Origin: the human T2T-CHM13v2.0 reference genome, Homo sapiens
Direction: 5' to 3' (one strand)
Length of the DNA: 64,000 nucleotides
Assembly: GCF_009914755.1 (NCBI RefSeq)
Contig: NC_060939.1
The notes beneath the pieces are model-generated. The model saw only the letters and a list, made by a program, of their open reading frames with translations, was not told where the DNA came from and made no database searches. A program made the translations under genes and the position numbers. Below, in pieces: positions 15,548 to 28,182 of the stretch. Numbering within the stretch: position 1 is the stretch's first letter; the number at the start of each line of letters is the position of its first letter.

Positions 15548-15911
15548 CGAGAGCAGCTGCGAAACGGACGCTCTGGGGTTTCAGCCGCACCACCACTTTC
15601 CTCCACCGCAGACCGAAGGGCCGCCCTAGGAGGAGCCTTCTAGTCCAGTCACCTCAGGCCCGTTTGCTTGGGGTGGAGAGTGCGGTGGATTCCTAAGCCT
15701 TTCCCCTAACGGGTGATTTCCTACACCAGACGCAGGACCCACGGTCCCACGGGTCCCAGGGGGAACTAAACCCCAAGGCTGCAAAGGGGCCACGGGTGGG
15801 GCCCACCAACATCTCACAGCCTCCTGAGGAGGCGTGCGCCCTGGACAGGAGGTCCCTGCCCCCGCGTCTGGCCCCTGGTATCTTCCCCTAGGGCTCCCGG
15901 CCGCCGCTCAC

Positions 15912-15998
15912 CGTGAAAGGGACATCCCCGACGCTGCCCACGGAGTAGCAGTTGTCTCCAGGGTTGACAGCCCCGGTGAGGACCTGATGCAGATGCAT
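15912..15998 (-). CDS. DMXL2: DMXL2 (Rabconnectin-3 alpha, WD40 V-ATPase assembly regulator) first coding exon, 87 bp / 29 codons, phase-0 intron follows
   Basis: Reverse complement reads ggagATGCATCTGCATCAGGTCCTCACCGGGGCTGTCAACCCTGGAGACAACTGCTACTCCGTGGGCAGCGTCGGGGATGTCCCTTTCACG|gtgagc = MHLHQVLTGAVNPGDNCYSVGSVGDVPFT, recognised as the DMXL2 N-terminus. Canonical donor at 15911. Too short for the ORF track. Confidence 0.96.
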
Positions 15999-16260
15999 CT
16001 CCGGAGCCCGGGCTGGACAGAATGCGCGGGAGGGGCGACAAGCTCCGCGCCTGACCCTCCTCGGGCTGCGAGAGCCGTTTCCCTCTGTGCCTCCCTCGGA
16101 AACCCGCCCCGCGGAGGCTCTGGCTTAACTCCTCGCCCCCCTTTCGCCTTCCCTCCGCCTCGTCCCTGCCATGGGAGCTCCTCGACCGCCGCCGCCGCCC
16201 GGGTCGCCGCTCAGCTGCGGAAATGCCCGGATGTTCCCACTGCCTGCTGCACCGGCGCAC
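15999..16260 (-). other. DMXL2: DMXL2 exon 1 5' UTR (TSS approximate)
   Basis: GC-rich sequence directly 5' of the ATG with no obvious acceptor; 5' boundary inferred from the position of the promoter motifs. Confidence 0.65.
16125..16172 (-). other. uORF MAGTRRREGERGARS* in frame with DMXL2 CDS
   Basis: ATG at 16172 (cccATGG), TAA at 16127-16125; 174 nt (58 codons) upstream of the main ATG. Translation not shown. Confidence 0.55.
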
Positions 16261-17692
16261 AAATGCGGGAGGGCAAGGGTGCTTGTGAGGCGGGGGAGGG
16301 CACCGGGGGGAACGCGCGAGCCGGGAGCGTGCAGCAAGGGAGCGGGCCAGCGCGCGCGCCCACCGCGGGGGAGCGAGGTAGAGCCCTCCTCCCGCGGCAA
16401 AGCTCTCAGCTCAGTCTTTCTTCCCCCCATCACCCGCGTTTGCGCGTGCGCGCGCCGTGGTTTCCAGGGCAATTGCGCGCGCCACGCCGCCCCGCCGTCC
16501 CGTGATTGCGCGCGCAGACGTGCGGGAGTTCCCTTGGAGCCTCCCGGGCTGTAGCCGCTGCGGACTGAGGCGGAGGTGGGGGCGGGGGCGAGTGGGGTGC
16601 AGGTCGCTCGGGGCCACGCAGCAGTCGGACGCCGGGGACGCGCCACGAGCCGGTTTTGCTGTGTTGAACGTATTCCAGAATACAGTGTGCAATGGTCAGT
16701 GCCGTTGACCTCAGAAGGACACCCGTCACCGGGAATTTCCACCTGGAGATATCTTAGATATCTTCAGTCTTTTCGAAAGTGCAGTACATAAGATATTTTA
16801 TTTTACATAAACAATGTAGGCATCTTGCAACTATTTAGAGAAGCCATACTCCCCTGAAAGCTAATTATTTTGCTCCCACCTTTTGTCACGGTTATTCTAG
16901 ACAGCAAAAAGCCGCCTTAGAGACGGGTGACTCCTTTCGACTTTTTTTCATGAGTAATTTCATGAATTAGCAGAATCGCCTGATTTTCCAAACTATCTGC
17001 TAAACTTTGAATGGTTGATAACAAGGATCATCAGCTCCCTGCCACAGGCCAATTCATGGCAAATGTTTTAACCCATACTATGCTTAAATCACAGGGTAAG
17101 GAAGTAGGGGACACCAAGACATAACTATCTGTAAAACCAGGCAGAACGCCAAAGGTGGTGTGATTGAGATATAAAAGTCTTTATGCACCACAGAAGAGGA
17201 AGAAGAATGTTGACTAAGGGCGTGGATAAGGCATTATGGAGACATAACCTGACATAAACGCTGAGTTTAATTTTGACAGGCTGAGATAGACAAGAAATGC
17301 TGCAAATACAGTACAGAAAATAGAGGGGGTGTTGAAGGTACAAAGATTAATGTTTGAGGCAGATGATTTATAGGGTAGGGAAAGTAAATAATACTTAGCA
17401 AGAGATCAAGGTATCCAAGTGGTCTAACTCTTGGCCTACCAAAACATATTATGGAGAGTCTTGAATGCTCCAAGAAGCCCAGATTTCACTCTGCATGCAG
17501 TGGGGGTATATCAGATGTTTCTGAGCAAAAATTTATATAATCAGAGCTGCTTTGGGAAGATGACTTTGTAGCATTTTGAAGCATAAAGGGAAGGGTGGGG
17601 AAGATTGGAGGCAAAGATCTGTCAGTCGTTGGTAATCTTTTCAGTAGAAAGTTGCAGGAGGAATGAAAAATAATACCTAATGACCTGCGGCA

Positions 17693-17757
17693 TTCTCTCT
17701 CTTTCTCTCTCTCCCCCCTCCCTCCCCTTCCCTCCCCCCCCCTTCCTCCCTTCCCCC
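17693..17757. repeat. Polypyrimidine (CT then C-rich) tract
   Basis: ttctctctctttctctctctcccccctccctccccttccctccccccccttcctcccttcccc. Confidence 0.9.
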
Positions 17758-18551
17758 GCGCCATATCCAAGGGTTCCTTTTTGTTACTACTAGATTCTAG
17801 ATGAGTCTCTTAATCTTTGACCTTCACTGCATTAGAAACCAAGTCAAAACTATCATCAAACAACAAATTGTACTCAGGTTTCCAAGAGTGTTACTAATTC
17901 ACATTATTTAAACCATTTCACATTTGGCTCTTGTTTTACAGCATTCCATGAAGTTTTGGCCCATTCACACAGTTGTGAAGTTGTGAGCCTCTTTCTTCCT
18001 CTCGGTATCAAACTCAAAATCTGAAGCCTGTATCCACCTGTTCTCTTCCCTCATGAATCCTTTAAATGGCTTCTTGATAGCTGTATCTCAAGGTTGCAAA
18101 TGACTAATTAAGTCTCCTGGAATTACAGCTGAGCCTTTTATTGTCCAATCTGATCAGTCAAAACTCACTCCAGACTAATATGGCAAGTTTCCTTGGTAGC
18201 CCACCAGGGCAGCTAGACCACACTTTTGACTGTCCACAATTTCATCTCTTCCTTGTTCATGCAAATTTTTTCATGGACCTAAAAACAAATTGGAAATTCT
18301 TTCTTCTAATTTTGGAAAGGGCTTTCTTTTAAAAATTAGAAAAAGTAGCAGTTTTGTATCATTAACAAAATATGCTAATCGAATTGTAAGATATAATTTA
18401 TCATGTCCACAACTCTTTTTTTTTTCTTTTTGCTTTGATTTGAGATCCCAACACAACTCTTAATAGTACCTTTGGGGTTGGGTTTAATGGCCCATTGAAT
18501 GTGTGCCATTAAATGTGGGACTTAGTTTCCCAGCAGTATCACCTACCGATG

Positions 18552-19422
18552 TGTACTAGTTATCAATTACTGTGCAATAAATTACCCCAAAATTTATCAG
18601 CCAAAAATAACAGTAGAGATTCATTACCTCACAGTTTCTGTGAATCAATAATTTAGTAGTAGCTTAGCAGGAAAGTTCTGGTTCAGAGTCTTTCATGAGA
18701 TGGCAATCAAAATGTCAGCTACATGCTAAATAAAAGAAGCTGGACACAAAAGACCACATAATTCGTTTGTATGAAATCATTTGTATGAAATTTTCTGAAA
18801 AGACAAATCTACAGTCACAGAAAATAGGTTAGTGGTTGCCTGGGGCTGAAGGTGGAACTGAGAGTGACTGCTAATGGATATGAGGTTTCTTTTTGGCATG
18901 AGATAAACATTCTAAAATTAGATTGTGGTCATGGTTGGGCAGTTCTGTAAAATTACTAGAAATCATTGAATTGTATACTTGAAATTAGTGAATTGTATGG
19001 TAATTAAATTATACTTTCAATAAAGCTATCTAAAAAAGAAATAGCCAGGGATACAGTCATCTGAAGTCTTGACTGAAGTTAAAGGCCCTGCTTCCAAGAT
19101 GGCAGGCTCTCATGGCTAGCAAGTTGAGCCTAATAGATAGATGGAGGCCTCAGTTCCTATGTGTTCCTCTCCATAGTGCTGTGTGAGTGTCCTCAAGACA
19201 CGGCGGCTGACTTCTCCAGCAGCAAGTGATCCAAGAGAGAGACCAAGGTAGAAACTGCAATGTCTTTTATAAACTAGCCTTAGAAGTCACACGCCATCAT
19301 TTCCACCATATTTTATTGGGTGCACAGGCCAGCTATAACTTAGTGTGGGAGACTATTTCCCAAGAAAGTGAGTGCCAGGAATGGAGAGTCGTGAGCAGCC
19401 ATTTTGGAGGTTGTCCACTACA
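18552..19422 (-). mobile_element. MaLR MLT1 LTR with nested L1M 3' end (~18720-19040, +)
   Basis: aaattaccccaaaattta...ccaagatggc...gaagtcacac...cattttggagg; nested ttctaaaattagattgtggt...caataaagct. Confidence 0.8.
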
Positions 19423-19463
19423 CCACGGAACTCAAGGACTTTATCTTCAAGAGTCAAGGGGCA

Positions 19464-19753
19464 GCCAGGCGCAGTGGTTCACACCTGTAATCCCAGAGCT
19501 TTGGGAGGCCGAGGCAGGCAGATCACCTGAGGTCGGGAGTTTGAGACCAGCCTGACCAACATGGAGAAACCCCGTCTCCACTAAACATACAAAATTAGCC
19601 GGGCGTGGTGGTGCATGCCTGTAATACCAGCTACTCAGGAGGCTGAGGCAAGAGAATCACTTGAATCCGGGAGGTGGAGGTTGCTGTGAGCCGAGATCAC
19701 ACCATTGCACTCCAGCCTGGGCAACAGAAAGTGAAACTCTGTCTCAAAAAAAA
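19464..19753 (+). mobile_element. Alu (AluSp-like)
   Basis: cctgaccaacatggagaaac diagnostic; TSD aagagtcaaggggca. Confidence 0.95.
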
Positions 19754-20183
19754 AGAGTCAAGGGGCATGACTTGTGTCATTATTACTCTTACCTACAGAG
19801 GTAACTGGAATTTCTACTCATAAATCTACAGCATCGTAATGTTGATCTTTGATATATCTGTTATTAGTTCTTGTTGAGCTATCTATATAATTTAAATATT
19901 AAATTCTCAAGTGATTCCATTTGTTTGAGGATCTAATACCTATTTTTTAAAAATATTTCTTCCAGTTGTGGGGACCTTACAGTTTTCCTAGGATGTCTAA
20001 CACTTTAAGCTTCTGGTTTCTTCAGTAGTATAGCAATGGAAGCCCTGACTTTCTGTTACCAGTTCATTTTGCAGTCTATTGTGTTAAAGCCTGAAATTGA
20101 TGTTGTAACAATACCTGTATTGCTTTTCAGTCATAAACTATAGCAATGATGCATTTTAATCTAAAATATCATAGGTGTGAACC

Positions 20184-20625
20184 TATATCAGTTATCACTT
20201 TAACAAACCCCTCTGAAACACAGTGGCTTAAAACAACAATTATTATTATTTCGTATGTTCTGTGAATTGGTTGGGAAGTTCTGCTGGTTTCACTCATACA
20301 ACTGCAGTGAACTGTGGTAGAAGGTCCAAGATGGCCTCATGTCTAGCAGTTGATACTAGTTGTTGTCTGGGGTGCCTCAGTTCCCCTTTATGTGGCATCT
20401 TGCCCTCCATAGACTAGACCAACGTTTGTACATGGCAGTCTCATGCTTAGCCTTGAAGGGCAGAGTCACTTCTATCATATTCCTTGGTCAAAACAAGTCA
20501 CAGAGCCAGCACAGATTCAAGAACTAGGAAAACAAATCCACCTTTCAATGGGAAGAACAGAAAAGTCACATTGAAAATGGGTATAGAAGAAGTTATCGGC
20601 ATCTTTACAAAAAAATCTGTATCAC
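20184..20625 (-). mobile_element. MaLR MLT1 LTR
   Basis: cagtggcttaaaacaacaa...tccaagatggcctc...aagtcacagagccagcacagattcaag. Confidence 0.75.
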
Positions 20626-21317
20626 AGCCTCAAACTCTAGCTTTGACCATCTCTGTGGCCTCTGATTTGTTATATTTGCTTTTGCTTTAGGTAAGAATGC
20701 CACTTATAGGATGAAAAACAAAAACTTACGTATCTGCTCTCTTTCTCTGCTAGAGGTAGCATTAAATTATTGTCTTTTTGGTGACTGTAACTCAGACTCT
20801 TAGCTATTTCTCATTCATTATGCATTTGGCTTTTTATCTCTAATGTAAGTGCATTGGACATGGGGCAGTTTTTACATACCTTTCTCTGGTGTAAAGGTGA
20901 ATCTTTATGCACCTTATAAGCAAGTGAATACAATAAGTTTTCATCTAGTTAGATTATTTTGTTGCTAGGCTCAGAACACTGACCATTTAGAAGGAGTACA
21001 GAGAATATTGGTTCATATTTTTGCAGGTACCTATTTATGATTGTACTGTGAAAAGTAATATGCTCTATGTATACAATTTATTTCCTTAATGATCACTGAT
21101 TAGCACTTTTATAAACTCATTTAAGCAAGAGCTTAAGTGGTAACTAATTTTTTAAACATTTTATCGTATGAATGATTATACAGAGTAGACCAGACACAAA
21201 AACTATTCACCCTTGCTTATCTTTTCAACTTCATCTTTCAACATTCCTGACCTCTAAATGTAGGGTACAACCACACTAGTATACAGTAATTCCTTTCAAG
21301 CCTCTGGCCACTGGCTA

Positions 21318-21652
<335 letters not shown>

Positions 21653-21821
21653 AATCCATACTCTTTGCCTATTTCACTCTTTCACTCCTACTCTTCCCTA
21701 AAAATTCAGTTCAGGCACCCCCATTTCTGGAAAACTTTGCACAGTGTGAATTAGATTCCTTTGTTATATACTCACAGTATTCTCTTACCTTTTCTGCCTA
21801 GAGGGCAGGGACTGTGTCTTG

Positions 21822-22690
<869 letters not shown>

Positions 22691-22714
22691 CTAATTCTAA
22701 CTCATACTCTTAGC

Positions 22715-22727
22715 TGTGTGTGTGTGC

Positions 22728-22763
<36 letters not shown>
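22715..22763. repeat. (TG)n microsatellite
   Basis: About 24 units with cgtgcg interruption. Confidence 0.97.
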
Positions 22764-22765
<2 letters not shown>

Positions 22766-23699
22766 AATTGCTAAAGCCTGGCAAAGTACCTGGAACACAG
22801 TAGGAACTCAAGAAATGTTAACTAAGCCAAGTAGTTATTAACTGTATCAGGGTACATTATGTAAATTTTGTGAAAATGTCACAAATATTTTAGAACTTAC
22901 ATACCTTTCCAAGGCCTCAGAAAACAAAATACTACATCCTGTCGGGAGGGCAGATGGTAGTTGTGGGATAGAAAGCCAGTAGTGTTGAGATAAAGGATAA
23001 GGACTGAACAAAAGTTGAAGTTAGTTACTAAATCAGGCATGGCCTGCTGGGTAGTCAACAGACCATTTTGTGCATCTGAAGAAATGAATTAATTTTGCTG
23101 GCATGGTACTTAAGCAAAATACAATTTTAAAGAGAGAGAGAAACAAGTTCATTCGGTGCTAGACTTAGAGAGAAAAATGAACTTATGTTGTTCTGGTTGC
23201 TGAGAGAAAAATCAGTCAACAATCAGGCATTGTGGTGTTGAAATCACCAAGTATTGCACAGTACTCTTAGGGGTGGGCCAGGATGGTCACACTCCTAAAG
23301 GGAAGTGAGAGGGGAGAGGAATCAGCACTTCCTCATGGTGAAGAGATGGCATCCCTGCCTGCAGGAAAAAAATTGTATCTGGGGGCAGCAGAAACAAGCA
23401 TGTGCCAGAGGGTCTGGGTCCAGTGTTTGTTTTTTGTTGTTGTGTGGTGGTGGTGGTGGTTTGTATTTCCCTGCATGTGGGTGTGCCCACATGCATCAGG
23501 TGTTAACCAAAAAAATCTGACGTTATCAATTGACTCTCCTTTTAATCTAGTTCTATATACTGCAAGCATATTTGTATAGGCATATTCCTGTGACCATTAA
23601 CCCTTTTACATATGAAGAAAGATTATGAAAAATGTTCAGGATAGATTAAGGTTTTTATTGCATTTTTCAAAAAGAAGATTGTAAAAAGAGAAAGCTGAC

Positions 23700-24095
23700 C
23701 ACCAACATATGAATGGATAAATTGTGCTATCTACATACAATAGAATATTATTCAGCCATGAGGAATGAAGTAGTGACATATGCCATAATGTGGATGACCT
23801 TGAAAACATTATGCTCAATAAAGGAAGCCAGACACAAAGGCCCCACTGGCTACACATTTATATGAAAATTTCCAGAATAGGTAAATCCATAGAGATCTTA
23901 GAAAGCACATTGGCATTGCCAGGGCCCAGGGGAAGAAATGAATAGGGGTACAGGGTCTCCTTGTGTAGTGATAAAAATGTCTTGGAACTAGATAGAGTTA
24001 ATGGTTGCACAACACTGTGAATGTATTAAGTGCCCCTGAATTGTTCACTTCCAAATGGTTAATTTTATGTTATATGAATTTTACCTCAATAAAAA
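23700..24095 (+). mobile_element. L1MB-type 3' end
   Basis: gaatggataaattgtg...ggttgcacaacactgtgaatg...tttacctcaataaaaa. Confidence 0.85.
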
Positions 24096-27000
24096 GAAAC
24101 AGTCATTTTTTGTTAATTAACAGAAACTCCATGTGTGTACAAAGAAAAAGTTCTAGAAAGTATGTTAACAGCACTCATGTCTAGTTGATAGAATTATAAA
24201 CAAGTTTAATTTCAATTTTTTTCCACATTTGTTTCCAATTTTTCTACACTGAATATATATGAGTTGCTTTTATATTGGGAAAACAATGATTTTAAATTTT
24301 TAAACAAAAGATGGCCTTTCTTTAAGTCTATGAAGAAGTTTAAGAAACTAGGAAATCATGCTCAGATTAACATTATGTATTCCATATCAGTTGCAAAATT
24401 AAATTTTAAATGAAGATATAAAGTTTTATGGAGTATATTTCATTATTTTTAAAACACAATAATTTGTCCACACTTATATGTAAAATTTCAAATGCAAATG
24501 CAAAAGACATGTTTAAATTTGTTTAAAAGACAGGCATTGCAGAGGGTTCCTAAACAAGTCTATGGGCCTGCTGGGCCTTTGATCTTGGAGTGGATGATGA
24601 CTTCCATAGCTCTACAACAGTGTCAGTAGGCCTACAACCTCAAAATCTCACCACCTTTGAAAAGCAGTTGGTAAGGAGCCAGTAGTCTTTCTGGTAAACA
24701 GAGTCCATGAACCCCACCGTATTAACAGTTTCTTTTGCCTAGAGGTCTTTCTCCCTTCCCCTCTTCAAACACGGCTCCACCCCAATTCAACATTGTCTTC
24801 AAAGCCCAGCTTTAAAATCACCTAGGTAAAACCTTTCCTCCCAATGATGTTAAATAAATTTATCCCACCCTCTGTTCCCCTAAATCTTTGTGTCTTCACT
24901 ATGAGATTTATCTTATTACTTATATCACAATATACTTTTTCAGTGAGTTAGCAGCACAACTCCCATGCAAATATAAAATGAAATTATGCCAAAGATTTTG
25001 TTCAACTCATTCCTTGATTAAGAAACCAGTAAGATGTTAAAATAGTTCAAATAAGAATTTGACTTATGGAGATTTATATCTTCTACCTGACAGTTCATTT
25101 GCATTGCTTATGAAAATGAGTTAGTTATATTGCTATCAGTTTTCCAAAAATTTAGCTTTTATTCTCAATGTTTTTAAATAGCCTAGTTAATAGCAAATCA
25201 ATCAAATAATATCAGACAATCCTTAAAATTCTCCTAGGCAATGCCCAGCTCTTCACTGAAGGTATACTTGACAATTTATTTTGCCTATTTCCAAGTCTTG
25301 AATAATTTTTCTTGACAATTCATAGCTTAGATCTCTGTCTACAGAGTCTGTTTGCTAGAGTATGAGCTCAAAAGTATATCTTCAGAGATTGGTTAAATTA
25401 AATACTGAGAGCGTCTTCATTCCAGGCAGCAACAAATACTCTAGGGATACAAAGATGAGGCAAAGGCAGAAAAACTTCTTTCCCTGACTTCAGGGACTTA
25501 TTTAGTACATATTAAAGCACATAAACAAATAATTTATATACGATATGAAAGAGCTATACCTTAAGATAAATCTGTGGCAAGTACAAAATGGAATTGTAAG
25601 AGAGCACGATTAGGATTATTTTTAGGGAATCGATACACATATTCCTAATGCAAAAACTCATTCATGACTTCCCTACAGAAAATTCAGTTCAAGCACACAC
25701 AAACATTTTGGCACGTGAGGAAAGAGGCTATAAAGAAAAAAAGATAATATGATAGGTAATATTTATGGAGCACATTATCTTTAATGCTTATGACTACCTA
25801 ATAACATAGGCAGTTTTATGAACCCCTTTTTATAGATGAGGAAACAGAAGCACACGGAAGTCGTACAATGCAAGACTCTGTAGACAGAAATCTAAGCTAT
25901 GAATTGTCAAGAAATTCATGGGAATAGGCAAAATAAATTGTCAGATGTACCTTTGGTGAAGAACCCTCTAAGAACTGAAAGTCTAATGAAGTAGGAAAAA
26001 TACAAAAATGATACAATCCCATACAATGTAACAATGGTATTAAGAGTACAGTGTAATAATTATGCCAAATATAGTGGACACGTTTTGAGATGCCAATCCA
26101 AATCATGCCCCCTTTGAAATTTCCTCCATCTATCATCTCTGCTAAAAGGGGGATCCTAACTGACTATGTTTGTCCCATCTGATCTCCACAAAGTCCTGGA
26201 TCAGCTGATTGAATTGGGGCTCTACATCTATTCAAGTGAAAACTAATTTATAGGCTGGGCTGCACCATCCAGATTTTCTGAGCTCGGAATGTGAATTTGG
26301 GACACAGAGATCCTCACTTGAACAATAGCGGATGTAGGACTTTAAAGAACTTGCAAAGGTGGGATTGAAGGGAGCACAAGGACAGGCCAAAGTGTGGAGC
26401 TGAGGAACCCTAAATGAGCAGAAAAGGCTGTGCTGCAGAGAGAAGCAGGACACAAGGTAGAGCACAGCAGGAAATGGAGATCAGAGGCCGCAGCAATGGA
26501 ATTACAGACTCTGATCCTGGCTTTCCAACTGCACATTCTCAGTGGCCCAACTGCCTTTTCTTTTCTGAAGTCCATGAAATGCCTGCTGCATCCTTTTTAT
26601 TAAACTCTTTTGTTGCCCTTCCTTTTTCTTGATCAGTCCTAAGTTGCCCAGTTCCTGAAGCATTCACCAGGCAAAGAGGTATGAAAAGCATATGCGAAAA
26701 TAGAGGCAACAAGTTACACGGTACGCTCAGAGAAAGCTAATCACCTTACAGCGACTGAACAGCACGTTACGTTGTGATTTCTATAGGCATCCAGACTGAT
26801 GCTTTGATCAATTAGTATTCATTTACCTGAATTCGCTCCTTCCACCCAAGCCTGCTCCCTGTACTGCTTCTCACATGGTGGCTTTTCTTCCTATCTCTTC
26901 ATCTACTGCAGTATGAGTGTGCCTCTGCACCCCTATATTCCTTTATGTCCAGTTGGATGAGTGACTTTCTCATTTATTTGAGTTGGAGTCATGATGAGTA

Positions 27001-27107
27001 CCAAGTCCAAAGCTAGCAGACCACACTTAACTTTTGTTTAGACTTCTTATGAATTATAATTTTTCTAACCATTTTTTCTAACAAAAGTTGGATAGTTTTT
27101 TGTTTGT

Positions 27108-27716
<609 letters not shown>

Positions 27717-28152
27717 CAAAAGTTGGATAGTTTTTAAAAAACACTGGCTACTTACAGAAAGAAGTCTAACTTAAGAAAACCGTAATTCCCTAAAACTCTT
27801 TCAGAGTTAAAGAAAAAAAGTCATATTTGCTTTTATGGAACTAAAATAATTATTAGAGTTTTGGCTATTGATCTGTGACCAGTGATTCCTATAGGACACT
27901 CTCTGCCTATTCTCACGCTACAAAATCAAGCCAGGTTTCAGATTCTCTTCACTTCACACCCCCAGTAAGATGCTTTTTCTGCCTTATCAGCCTCTAATAA
28001 TTTTTTTTAAGTCAAAGCAAGTTTATTAAGAAAGTAAGGGAGTAAAGAATGGCTACTCCATAGACAGAGGAGCTGCATGGGCTTCTCAGCTGCTTATACT
28101 TATTGTTAATTCTGGATTATATGCTAAACAAGGGGTGAATTATTCACGAGTT

Positions 28153-28182
28153 TTCCAGGAAAGGGGTGAGCAATTCCCAGAA
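28153..28182. promoter_or_regulatory. Tandem GAS (STAT1) motifs in MER41 U3
   Basis: TTCCAGGAA 28153-28161 and TTCCCAGAA 28174-28182, both TTCN3GAA. Function untested. Confidence 0.6.

Larger units (their letters stand above)
15320..16745. promoter_or_regulatory. CpG island / TATA-less DMXL2 promoter
   Basis: Very high GC and CpG density. GC boxes at ~16489 (gccccgcc) and ~16579 (ggggcggggg); NRF1-like tgcgcgtgcgcg at 16441. Confidence 0.9.
17790..20000 (-). mobile_element. Degenerate pogo/Tc2 (Kanga/POGK-like) DDE transposase fossil, interrupted by MLT1, L1 and Alu
   Basis: Manual translation gives GHDKLYLTIRLAYFVNDTKLLLFLIFKRKPFPK, KVWSSCPGGLPRKLAILVW, AVIPGDLISHLQP*DTAIKKPFKGFMREE, LTTSQLCEWAKTSWNAVK in DDE_1 order, plus PQLEE / CRFMSRN / EDKVLEF N-terminally. 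Confidence 0.75.

Noticed and set aside
15814-16791. Long overlapping ORFs in the CpG island (223, 205, 148, 127 aa)
   Set aside because: Expected from stop-codon scarcity in GC-rich DNA; low-complexity Arg/Pro/Gly/Ala, mostly non-ATG starts, no recognisable domain.
18483-18513. Hairpin tttaatggc...gccattaaa
   Set aside because: Short arms in AT-rich decayed transposon DNA; no RNA-gene context.
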